DNA of 34,959 nucleotides from an uncultured Clostridiaceae bacterium (GTDB lineage: Bacteria > Bacillota > Clostridia > DUPQ01): NCBI GenBank assembly GCA_964475455.1, contig CAYYXJ010000003.1, positions 1 to 34,959 of the forward strand, read 5' to 3'. Position numbers and translations under genes: made by a program. Of the stretch, positions 17,119 to 25,252 are shown piece by piece (positions within the stretch are counted from its first letter, which is position 1; every line of letters starts with the position of its first letter). The notes under the pieces are model-generated. The model saw nothing but the letters and a program-made list of their open reading frames with translations. It was not told the origin of the DNA and did no database searches.

Positions 17119-17861
17119 ACGAAGAAACAAATATAATTGCAGGAAGAAATCCTGTTTTTGAGGCCATCAAGGCAAGAACTGAAATAAGTTCAATAATGGT
17201 TGCAAAGGGTTCGACTGAAGGAACCATAAAAGCAATCATATCAACTGCCAAAAAGAAAAAAATTCCCGTCAAGGAAGTGTCTCCTGTCAAACTTGACGGT
17301 CTTGTTCCCCAGGGAAACCATCAAGGAGTGGTTGCCATAATATCACCCATCAAATATATATCATTGAATGATATATTTAAAATTGCAGAAGAAAAGAATG
17401 AGCAACCGTTTATTGTAATACTTGATGGCATTGAGGATGTACATAATCTGGGAGCTATAGCAAGAACCGCAGAGGCATGCGGTGTTCATGGGATAATAAT
17501 CCCAATGCACAGGGCAGCTTCTGTAACAACAACATCAGTCAAGGCAAGTGCAGGAGCTCTCATGCACATACCTGTGTGCAGGGTTACAAATATAGCGGTA
17601 ACAATGGAGGAACTGAAAAAGAAGGGTATGTGGATTGCCGGAGCAGATATGGAAGGAGCACAGCCTTACTACAAATCAAATCTAAAGGGACCTTTGGCCA
17701 TTGTCATCGGAGGCGAGGGGCAGGGAATCCGGAGGCTGGTCCTTGAAAAATGTGATTTCACAGTTAGTATCCCAATGAAAGGCAGGATGTCTTCACTGAA
17801 TGCGTCAAATGCTGCCGCAGTAATACTCTTCGAAGTGCTCCGACAAAGAGAAGAAAATTGA
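17115..17861 (+). CDS. rlmB: 23S rRNA (guanosine-2'-O)-methyltransferase, SpoU/TrmH family (YacO/RlmB type)
   Basis: An N-terminal L30e-like substrate-binding domain is followed by the SpoU motifs LDGIEDVHNLGAIARTAEACG, IVIGGEGQGI and SLNASNAAAVILFE. An ATGA overlap joins it to mrnC. Confidence 0.85.
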   Translation: MNEETNIIAGRNPVFEAIKARTEISSIMVAKGSTEGTIKAIISTAKKKKIPVKEVSPVKLDGLVPQGNHQGVVAIISPIKYISLNDIFKIAEEKNEQPFIVILDGIEDVHNLGAIARTAEACGVHGIIIPMHRAASVTTTSVKASAGALMHIPVCRVTNIAVTMEELKKKGMWIAGADMEGAQPYYKSNLKGPLAIVIGGEGQGIRRLVLEKCDFTVSIPMKGRMSSLNASNAAAVILFEVLRQREEN

Positions 17862-17908
17862 TAAAGGATTTATTTCTCAGGTCAATGATTTAAACTGATT
17901 GCATGATC

Positions 17909-17928
17909 CCGGGCCCAGGCCCGGTTTT
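17909..17928 (+). terminator. Rho-independent terminator after rlmB
   Basis: CCGGGC-ccag-GCCCGG (6-bp all-GC stem) followed by TTTT. Confidence 0.65.
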
Positions 17929-17934
17929 CATATA

Positions 17935-17963
17935 TTGAATAAGCTATTGGGAATTGATAGAAT
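17935..17963 (+). promoter_or_regulatory. Sigma-A-type promoter for the second URO-D-like gene
   Basis: TTGAAT (17935-17940), a 17-nt spacer, then TAGAAT (17958-17963). Confidence 0.5.
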
Positions 17964-17985
17964 TGGGTGGCGGAGGAAACGGAAG

Positions 17986-19110
17986 ATGTTTGATTATGAA
18001 AATGCAAGGGCAAAAGCCGGATTTGATTGGTATATCGGGACATCGGTTTATGCCTTCATGGAACTTGCCGGTATATCACTGCATGAGTACAACACCAATC
18101 CGCTGGCCGGCATAGAAGTTCATAAACCAAAATATTTTGACATTTGCAGGGAAAAATTTGGAAATTATCTGAATCCTGTCGGAATATCCACACCCGCTGT
18201 ATCCTATGGTCATATTAATTTTCTCGGAGTTGACCTGGTATTCCCACAAGGAGACGGTGAAGTCAATTATGTCCATGAAAATAAATCGTTGAAAGAGTGG
18301 GTTGAAATATTCAAAGAAAAAGCAACTTTCAATGAAATGACCGAATACGGAAAATTTTTCCTTGAGTATAGAGAGAAATTACGGGATGCTTACCCGGGTA
18401 AGCATGTGGGATGGAGTATGGGTTATGAAGGGCCTGTTACTACCGCATATGAAATCAGAGACATGAACATTTTCTATGATTTATATGATGACCCGGAAGG
18501 CACACATGATTTCCTCAAGGCACTTACACTCAATATCATTGAATATATAAAATTTCACAGAAAGATTAACGGATTACCAGTATTCAATAAGGAAGAAGGT
18601 GCCATGTGTGATGATATAGCCTCAATGGTTCCACCTGATAAATTCGAGGAGTTTGTCCTGCCGTACTGGGAGCTGTATTATAGAGGAACTTCTTCAGGCA
18701 GAAGATTCATGCACACTGAGGACCATACATACAAAACAATGAAATACCTGGAAGCTGCAGGTATAACATATTTTGATCCATCAATATCACATAAGCTAAA
18801 CCCGCAGCTGATCAGGGATAATTGCCGGGTGCCGTTCGGTTGGAGAATGGGGTCATTTCATTTCAGGGACCTCAGTCCTGATGAAGTAATGGACTGGGTC
18901 TATAAAGCAGTTGAAGATGGAGCATCAAAGGTATTTACCCATGTTACCAAAATGATGTTGGATGAAGGGCATGTTAAAAAAGTAAAAGCATTTCATGAAG
19001 CTGCTGTAATCTCAAAGGAAATGCTTGACAAAGGTGTGTCCAGGGAAGAAGTAGGTAAACTTGTTTCCAAGGCAGGAAGGGAAAAATTCTGGGCAGGATG
19101 GCCCGGATAA
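17986..19110 (+). CDS. Divergent URO-D-like TIM-barrel protein (putative), function unknown
   Basis: The ATG at 17986 lies 9 nt after the SD GGAGG. The ORF-track start at 17899 would span the terminator and promoter. The segment CDDIASMVPPDKFEEFVLPYWELYY resembles the URO-D-family DD..S.ISP..F.EF..PY core. The family assignment rests on memory of that motif only. Confidence 0.5.
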   Translation: MFDYENARAKAGFDWYIGTSVYAFMELAGISLHEYNTNPLAGIEVHKPKYFDICREKFGNYLNPVGISTPAVSYGHINFLGVDLVFPQGDGEVNYVHENKSLKEWVEIFKEKATFNEMTEYGKFFLEYREKLRDAYPGKHVGWSMGYEGPVTTAYEIRDMNIFYDLYDDPEGTHDFLKALTLNIIEYIKFHRKINGLPVFNKEEGAMCDDIASMVPPDKFEEFVLPYWELYYRGTSSGRRFMHTEDHTYKTMKYLEAAGITYFDPSISHKLNPQLIRDNCRVPFGWRMGSFHFRDLSPDEVMDWVYKAVEDGASKVFTHVTKMMLDEGHVKKVKAFHEAAVISKEMLDKGVSREEVGKLVSKAGREKFWAGWPG

Positions 19111-19119
19111 AAGGTTTTG

Positions 19120-19920
19120 ATGAAAGATAATTTTTATTCCAGGATACTCAATTGGGTTCTACCTATCTTTGTTGTATTCACCATTATTACAGGAGGCGTA
19201 ATTGAGGGGCTTGTAATTCTGATAGCATATCTGGTGTTTAGATTTTACAACGAAAGGGATAAGTTTTTTTCTTTCTTTGGGAAAAGTAATTATTTGAAGG
19301 GAAATCTGGAGAAGTCCATCAGAAATTATGAAAGAGCCTATAAAACAGGAAAAGCTGAGGCAAAGGTTGTTGTTTCATATGCATATGCGTTGATACTCGG
19401 AGGTGATTTTCAAAAAGCGGATGAAATACTTTCACAGCTGAAAGTCAGAAAGGATGCACAATCCGTTTATACCCAGACGGCACTCTGTGATGCTGTATTG
19501 ATGTGGAAAAGAGACAGGAAGTTAACGAATGCAATTTCTTCACTGGAGCATTTTGATGATACTCTTAGGACATCCTCATATTACGGAATCCTCGGTAAAA
19601 TGTTCCTCGATACGGGAAACATTAAAAAAGCCAGGGATTTTAATGAAGATGCCTACAGATACAATAGCAAGAGTTCCGATATTCTGGAAAATCTTATAAG
19701 GGTCTACTGTATGGAGGAAGATTATGAACGGGCTGCCAAGGCTGCTGAAGTGTTGTTGAAGAAAAAGCCCGGGTCACTTGATGCATGTTTTTATTGTGCA
19801 GTTGCATTTGAAAATACAGGTAAAGAGAAGAGAGCCAGGATGCTTTATAAAAAAGCATTGAAATTTGATGAAATGCTGATATCCACGGTTTCACATGAAA
19901 TGGTGAATCAGAAGATTTGA
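19120..19920 (+). CDS. Membrane-anchored TPR-repeat protein
   Basis: An N-terminal hydrophobic hairpin (ILNWVLPIFVVFTIITGGVIEGLVILIAYLVF) is followed by TPR-like helical repeats (...AYRYNSKSSDILENLIRVYCMEEDYERAAKAAEVLL...). Confidence 0.65.
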   Translation: MKDNFYSRILNWVLPIFVVFTIITGGVIEGLVILIAYLVFRFYNERDKFFSFFGKSNYLKGNLEKSIRNYERAYKTGKAEAKVVVSYAYALILGGDFQKADEILSQLKVRKDAQSVYTQTALCDAVLMWKRDRKLTNAISSLEHFDDTLRTSSYYGILGKMFLDTGNIKKARDFNEDAYRYNSKSSDILENLIRVYCMEEDYERAAKAAEVLLKKKPGSLDACFYCAVAFENTGKEKRARMLYKKALKFDEMLISTVSHEMVNQKI

Positions 19921-19929
19921 GAGGTGCTT

Positions 19930-20793
19930 ATGTATAGTAAAAAGGCCATATATTTCAACTATAAGTCATTCGCAGCAATTTTGTTTTTGTTATTGTTTCC
20001 GGCTACATTGATTTTTTCCGGTGGCTCAATGAGCGTAGCAACGCTTTCCATATATCCTGTTCTGGGAGCGGTATTACTTGCAGCAATAATTGCTTTCCCC
20101 GGACTGCCCAGGCTGCTTGCAATAAATGCAAATGCCGACCTCAAGACGGATAACATATCAAAGGCATTGAAAAAAACAAGATTTGCATGCAGGCTTCCGT
20201 TTGTTCCTGTCAGCGTACATATATTCACTGCTTATATATACCTGGTCAATGGATTGCTCCCGGAAACCAAGGAAAAGCTTGAAGAGATAAAGGATATGGA
20301 GAAGTCTTTTCCTGAAGAAAGCAAATATATTGCTGTGCAGGCACTTTTCACATGGCTTGCTGCCGGGAATCCGGAAGCCGGACTTGAACAACTTGGTGAG
20401 CTTAATAGAAAAGGAGCAAATGAATCAATTTATTATGCTGCGGGAAAAATGATGAATATTTGCAAGGAACCCGCAGAAGCCCGGAAATATAATGAACAGG
20501 CAATGGAGTTTAATCCCGGCAACAGGGACATAATGGAAAATCTGATTATTTCATATTGCCGTACAGGTCAGGACCACGACGCAAAACTATTGTTCAGAAA
20601 CTTGTACTATGACATGAAAGCAACTTCAGACAGCCTGTATTATATGGCGGAACTTAAGATCAGGGACGGCAAGAAGCCGGATGCTGCTGAATACCTTGTT
20701 GCGGCACTGGAAATTGAAGATATCTCAACAAATATAATAAAAAGAAGTATGATTGAGACAAAGCTGAACGAATTAAGAGGTAATTCCATATGA
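19930..20793 (+). CDS. Membrane-anchored TPR-repeat protein, paralog of the preceding gene
   Basis: N-terminal TM segments are followed by TPR-like repeats. It shares the ...NPGNRDIMENLIISYCRTGQDHDAK... block with the upstream gene (DILENLIRVYCMEEDYERAAK). The ATG at 19930 follows GAGAGGTG. Confidence 0.65.
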   Translation: MYSKKAIYFNYKSFAAILFLLLFPATLIFSGGSMSVATLSIYPVLGAVLLAAIIAFPGLPRLLAINANADLKTDNISKALKKTRFACRLPFVPVSVHIFTAYIYLVNGLLPETKEKLEEIKDMEKSFPEESKYIAVQALFTWLAAGNPEAGLEQLGELNRKGANESIYYAAGKMMNICKEPAEARKYNEQAMEFNPGNRDIMENLIISYCRTGQDHDAKLLFRNLYYDMKATSDSLYYMAELKIRDGKKPDAAEYLVAALEIEDISTNIIKRSMIETKLNELRGNSI

Positions 20794-21689
20794 GGTTCAG
20801 GAAATTCATCAGAATACTCGGGGATTACGCCGGAATTTCCGCCGGAGCAGCCATTGCGGCGGTAGGAATAAATATATTTCTGTTTCCATATAAAATTGCA
20901 CCCGGAGGAATAACAGGGTTGGCAACTGTCCTTTACTATGTCTTCAATAGTTTCCTCCCTCTTGGTGTATTGATTATAATTTTAAACCTCCCCTTGTTTA
21001 TATGGGGTGTCATCAAGTTAAAATGGAAATTTATGATCAGGACGCTTTTTGCCACGGTGGTGATGTCTTTAATAATTGACCTGACCGCATCTTTGCTTGG
21101 AACAATAGGGTCCAATTATTTGATGCCCGGTGAAACTGATTTGATACTGTTTGCATTTTTCGGAGGTCTTATAGTGGGCATCGGACTGGGAATCATATTC
21201 AGGCTTCATGCAACAACAGGCGGAACGGATTTGATAGCTGAACTGGTAAGGCGCAGCGGTGTTAATCTTACAATGGGTCAGGCATTGATGATATTCGATG
21301 CAATGATAGTGGTATTGGCAGGGATATTCTTCCAAAGCTTCATGCTTGCGCTATATGCATTGATAGCGGTGCTTGTAACATCCAAGGTTGTGGATTCAAT
21401 ATTGGAAGGATTTAATTTTTCAAAGGGTCTGTTTATAATTTCATCAGATCCGGACAGTATATCCGAAAGAATAATGAACGACCTCGGGAGAGGACTTACT
21501 GGTTTTCAGGGAACGGGTAAATTTACAGGAAATGCCAAGGAGATACTTTTCTGTGTTGCCAGGGCAAAATTCATACCCGATATTAAAAGTATAGTAAAGG
21601 AAGTTGACCCAAATGCTTTTATTGTAGTTACCAATGTCCATGAAGTGCTTGGAGAAGGTTTCAGGGGCTTTGACAACCAAATTAGCTGA
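20790..21689 (+). CDS. YitT-family membrane protein (DUF2179 C-terminal domain)
   Basis: A polytopic N-terminal half (KIAPGGITGLATVL, TTGGTDLIA) is followed by a soluble C-terminal DUF2179-like domain. An ATGA overlap joins it to the upstream TPR gene. Confidence 0.8.
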   Translation: MRFRKFIRILGDYAGISAGAAIAAVGINIFLFPYKIAPGGITGLATVLYYVFNSFLPLGVLIIILNLPLFIWGVIKLKWKFMIRTLFATVVMSLIIDLTASLLGTIGSNYLMPGETDLILFAFFGGLIVGIGLGIIFRLHATTGGTDLIAELVRRSGVNLTMGQALMIFDAMIVVLAGIFFQSFMLALYALIAVLVTSKVVDSILEGFNFSKGLFIISSDPDSISERIMNDLGRGLTGFQGTGKFTGNAKEILFCVARAKFIPDIKSIVKEVDPNAFIVVTNVHEVLGEGFRGFDNQIS

Positions 21690-21725
21690 TTGTATACTAT
21701 TTAAGAATAAGTTAGGAGAAAACAA

Positions 21726-22571
21726 ATGGATAAAAAAACACTGTTGGAATTGAAGAAAAAAGCAGTTAGAGTAAGAAAACATATCCTGGACGAAGTGTAC
21801 AGTGCACAAAGCGGACACCCCGGTGGATCGCTTTCGAGTACAGAGATATTTACATACTTGTTTCAAAGTGAAATGAACATAGATCCTGCAAATCCCAAAT
21901 GGGCAGATAGAGACAGATTTGTTCTTTCGAAAGGCCATTGTGCCCCGGGTTTATATGCATCACTTGCAGTTAGGGGGTTTTTCCCTGAAAAAGACCTGAC
22001 GGGATTTCGGAGCATCGACAGTTATCTTCAGGGTCATCCCAGCATGAAGGATGTTCCGGGAGTGGATATGTCTACAGGGTCACTTGGTCAGGGTATATCA
22101 ACTGCTGTTGGAATGGCTCTTGCCGGTAAGCTTGATAAAAAGGATTACAGGGTGTTTGCCTTGCTTGGAGACGGCGAAATACAGGAAGGTCAGGTATGGG
22201 AGGCGTTTATGTCTGCCGCGCACTATAAGCTTGACAATCTTACTGCATTCATTGACCATAACGGACTGCAGATTGACGGTAATATATCAGATGTCATGTG
22301 CCCGGAGGATGTTGTTGAAAAATTCAGGGCATTCTGCTGGAATGTCATTCAAATTGACGGTCATGACCTTGAAGCAATAGAAGCAGCAGTCGAAGAAGCA
22401 AAGAAAACAAAGGGTAGACCTACCATAATTGTTGCCGAGACAATAAAAGGTAAAGGGGTTTCATATATGGAAGGAATTGCCGGGTGGCATGGAATGGCTC
22501 CCAATGAAGAGTTATATAAAAAGGCGATTGCTGAACTCGATGAAGCAATGGCTTCCCTGGAGGTGGAATAA
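21726..22571 (+). CDS. Transketolase, N-terminal (TPP-binding) subunit
   Basis: SGHPGGSLS, SKGHCAPGLYA and GDGEIQEGQVWEA, 281 aa. Confidence 0.92.
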   Translation: MDKKTLLELKKKAVRVRKHILDEVYSAQSGHPGGSLSSTEIFTYLFQSEMNIDPANPKWADRDRFVLSKGHCAPGLYASLAVRGFFPEKDLTGFRSIDSYLQGHPSMKDVPGVDMSTGSLGQGISTAVGMALAGKLDKKDYRVFALLGDGEIQEGQVWEAFMSAAHYKLDNLTAFIDHNGLQIDGNISDVMCPEDVVEKFRAFCWNVIQIDGHDLEAIEAAVEEAKKTKGRPTIIVAETIKGKGVSYMEGIAGWHGMAPNEELYKKAIAELDEAMASLEVE

Positions 22572-23506
22572 TGGCTGAAAAAATTGCTACAAGACAAGCT
22601 TATGGAGACGCTCTGGCAGAATTCGGAGCAGATGAAAGGATAGTCGTTTTTGATGCGGATCTTTCCAAATCAACCAAAACTGCTATTTTTGAAAAAAAGT
22701 ATCCTGAAAGATTTTTCAATATGGGAATAGCTGAAGCCAATATGATGTGTGCTGCAGCAGGTATGTCAACCTGCGGGAAAACAGTATTTGCAAGCACATT
22801 TGCAATATTTGCTGCCGGAAGAGCATGTGAGCAGGTAAGGAACTCAATATGTTATCCTAACCTGAATGTAAAAATAGGTGCAACGCATGCAGGTGTTACC
22901 GTAGGTGAAGACGGAGCCAGCCACCAGATGCTTGAAGACATTGCAAACATGAGAGCGCTGCCCAATATGACAATCATAAATCCTGCCGATGCAGTTGAAA
23001 CAAGGCTTGCTGTCAAAGCATCCATTGAGCACAAAGGACCTGTTTACCTCAGACTTGGAAGACTTAATGTTCCTGTGATTTTTGATGAAACATATAAGTT
23101 TGAAATAGGTAAAGGTGTAGAAATCAAAGCAGGCACCGATGTAACCATAATAGGGACAGGTCTTTTGGTTCATGAAGCCATCATAGCATTTGATATGCTT
23201 GCGGAAAAAGGTATTTCCGCTCGTATAATAAATATGCCGACAATCAAACCCATTGATGAGGATATAATAGTTAAGGCTGCCAGGGAAACCGGAGCCATAG
23301 TAACCGCTGAGGAACATAATATATACGGAGGCCTGGGCAGTGCTGTTTGTGAAGTTGTGGCTGAAAAATGTCCGGTTCCGGTTTTGAGAATAGGCACAAA
23401 GGACAAGTTCGGTAAAAGCGGAAAGCCGGAGCTCCTTATGAAGGAATACGAACTCACAGCGGAAGACATCGTCAAAAAGGCAGAGGAAGTCCTTAAACTG
23501 AAGTAA
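22571..23506 (+). CDS. Transketolase, C-terminal (pyrimidine-binding and C-terminal domain) subunit
   Basis: RQAYGDAL, FNMGIAEANM and GEDGASHQ, 311 aa. A TAATG overlap joins it to the N-terminal subunit gene. Confidence 0.92.
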   Translation: MAEKIATRQAYGDALAEFGADERIVVFDADLSKSTKTAIFEKKYPERFFNMGIAEANMMCAAAGMSTCGKTVFASTFAIFAAGRACEQVRNSICYPNLNVKIGATHAGVTVGEDGASHQMLEDIANMRALPNMTIINPADAVETRLAVKASIEHKGPVYLRLGRLNVPVIFDETYKFEIGKGVEIKAGTDVTIIGTGLLVHEAIIAFDMLAEKGISARIINMPTIKPIDEDIIVKAARETGAIVTAEEHNIYGGLGSAVCEVVAEKCPVPVLRIGTKDKFGKSGKPELLMKEYELTAEDIVKKAEEVLKLK

Positions 23507-23514
23507 AACAAAAA

Positions 23515-23538
23515 GGAATGCAGTTGCATTCCTTTTTT
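23515..23538 (+). terminator. Rho-independent terminator after the transketolase genes
   Basis: GGAATGC-agtt-GCATTCC (7-bp stem) followed by TTTTTT. An A-tract upstream makes it potentially bidirectional. Confidence 0.8.
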
Positions 23539-23551
23539 GTCTGAGGGAGAT

Positions 23552-24352
23552 ATGAAACCTTATATATTTGACAGCCATGCACATCTTGATGACAAAAGAT
23601 TTGATGAAGACAGGGAAGAAGTAATAAAAAGAGCAGAAAAGGCAGGTGTGGCCGGATTGATAAATGTCGGAGCTGACCTTGAGTCAAGCCGCACAACTCT
23701 TGAACTCGCCCAAAAACATGGATTTATATATGCGGCTGTCGGTGTACACCCTCATGACGCCAGTGGTTTTGATGAATTTACTGAAAAAGAAATAGTGAGA
23801 ATGGCAGATTCCGGTAAAGTTGTTGCCATAGGGGAAATAGGACTTGATTACCATTATGATAATTCCCCGAGGGATCTTCAAAAACAAGCATTTACAAAGC
23901 AACTGAGAATTGCAGCATCTATGGATCTTCCGGTTATAATACACAACAGGGAAGCCCACAAGGATTGTCTGGATATATTAAAACAAGAAAAAAATGACAG
24001 ACAAAGAGGGGTGTTCCACTGTTATTCAGGAAGTGCTGAAATGGTGAGGGAAGTAATTGAGCTTGGTTTTTACATATCTTTTGCAGGAGTTATAACATTC
24101 AAGAATGCAAAAAGAGCGACAGAAGCATTGAAGCTAGTACCGCAGGACAGACTTCTTTTTGAAACTGATTGTCCTTATCTGTCTCCGGAGCCTTACAGAG
24201 GAAGAAGAAACGAACCCGCTTTTACAGAATATACAGCTAAGAAAATGGCTCAAATCCTTGATGTTAACTATGAAGAGCTGTGCCGGAGTGTCTGGGAAAA
24301 TACTCATAGATTGTTCAGTCGTTTGCCAAATGGTAACCATATGATAAAATAA
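23552..24352 (+). CDS. tatD: TatD-family metal-dependent hydrolase (YabD type)
   Basis: MKPYIFDSHAHLDD, GEIGLDYHY, IIHNREAH, HCYSGS and ETDCPYL. The ATG at 23552 follows the SD GAGGGAG. Confidence 0.9.
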   Translation: MKPYIFDSHAHLDDKRFDEDREEVIKRAEKAGVAGLINVGADLESSRTTLELAQKHGFIYAAVGVHPHDASGFDEFTEKEIVRMADSGKVVAIGEIGLDYHYDNSPRDLQKQAFTKQLRIAASMDLPVIIHNREAHKDCLDILKQEKNDRQRGVFHCYSGSAEMVREVIELGFYISFAGVITFKNAKRATEALKLVPQDRLLFETDCPYLSPEPYRGRRNEPAFTEYTAKKMAQILDVNYEELCRSVWENTHRLFSRLPNGNHMIK

Positions 24353-24394
24353 TGACTGGCGGATGATTCGCCTTTTGACCTTTTGGAGGTTTTT

Positions 24395-25117
24395 ATGAAA
24401 AAAGCAGCCGTAATAACTGTCAGTGCAATTCTCTTCATTGTACTGCTTGCTGTAAACTATTTATTGTGGGATAACTCCACCAAACAGGAGAGCATCAAGG
24501 AACTTGAAACCAAGGAAGAAACAAAACAGGAATCCCTGGAACAGGTTTTGAATGATTACTGGAATGAAAAGAATGCAAATACCGAGCTTCAAAAACAGAT
24601 TACTGAACTTCAGGATACAATAAAAGAAAAAGATGCCGAGATTAATAAACTGACTGTAGAAAAGCTGGATATATACACAATCGTAGGAGATAAAAACGCC
24701 ATACTAAGTCAGCTTAAAAGAAACTCTGACTCTGTGAACTATACAACGATAGTGGATGAATGGGGTGGAAATATTGTGAAAAATGACTATTTTCTGGCAT
24801 ACAGCAGTCATAATGAAAAAAACATTTTCAATAACAGGTCTGACATTCTTTTTACCCGATATGGAGAAATGTTTGCAAACATTGAATTCATGGAGGTTAC
24901 AGAATTCAGAGTCAGGTTGATAGAAGGTGAAGATTCACTGGATGAAGTTGCCAAGAACAGAATAGTTTTTGATGCACTTTTAAATGTGGAATTAATTAAG
25001 GATACTGAGGGGTACCCTGTCAGTGACCCGATTTTCAACAACGGAATCAACCATTTCAAAATAACACTTTCATTTGATACAGGCAGAGGGCAGTGGATTA
25101 TCTGGACCATAGAATAG
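24395..25117 (+). CDS. Hypothetical membrane-anchored coiled-coil protein
   Basis: The ATG at 24395 follows the SD GGAGG. An N-terminal signal-anchor (AAVITVSAILFIVLLAVNYLLW) is followed by a Glu/Lys-rich coiled coil and a C-terminal globular domain of about 120 aa. I recognised no family motif. Confidence 0.6.
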   Translation: MKKAAVITVSAILFIVLLAVNYLLWDNSTKQESIKELETKEETKQESLEQVLNDYWNEKNANTELQKQITELQDTIKEKDAEINKLTVEKLDIYTIVGDKNAILSQLKRNSDSVNYTTIVDEWGGNIVKNDYFLAYSSHNEKNIFNNRSDILFTRYGEMFANIEFMEVTEFRVRLIEGEDSLDEVAKNRIVFDALLNVELIKDTEGYPVSDPIFNNGINHFKITLSFDTGRGQWIIWTIE

Positions 25118-25194
25118 ACGGGGATACACCTGTATTTCAATTTATTGGAAAGGACCGGGCTTGGGTATGATAAAAGAAGCAGATTTCACCTTTG

Positions 25195-25223
25195 TTGACA
25201 AGCAATGGGTATTTAAGTATAAT
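25195..25223 (+). promoter_or_regulatory. Consensus sigma-A promoter for the yabE-like gene and rsmA
   Basis: Perfect TTGACA (25195-25200), a 17-nt spacer, then perfect TATAAT (25218-25223). Confidence 0.7.
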
Positions 25224-25252
25224 CTGTTTGCTTTTTGAAAGGCAGGTAAAAA

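Noticed and set aside
21726-23506. Transketolase split into two ORFs as a possible pseudogene
   Set aside because: The split falls at the domain boundary. Both halves are full length with intact motifs and are joined by a TAATG overlap. This is the standard two-subunit transketolase arrangement known from many anaerobes and archaea, not a disruption.
22844-23584. Long antisense ORFs: 246 aa here, and also 688-1188(+), 9868-10654(-), 11363-12426(-), 21444-21938(-) and 28613-29149(-)
   Set aside because: Each lies opposite a strongly supported conserved gene (transketolase, ABC exporter, gatB/pta, ackA, yitT/tkt, pck). Their translations are low-complexity and rich in Cys, Phe and Ile, with no recognisable motifs and no SD. 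They are typical shadow ORFs of AT-rich coding DNA.
25118-25252. c-di-AMP (ydaO-type) or other riboswitch upstream of the yabE-like cell-wall gene
   Set aside because: A consensus promoter at 25195-25223 leaves a leader of only about 25 nt, far too short for such an element. I saw no conserved riboswitch motifs in the 135-bp gap.
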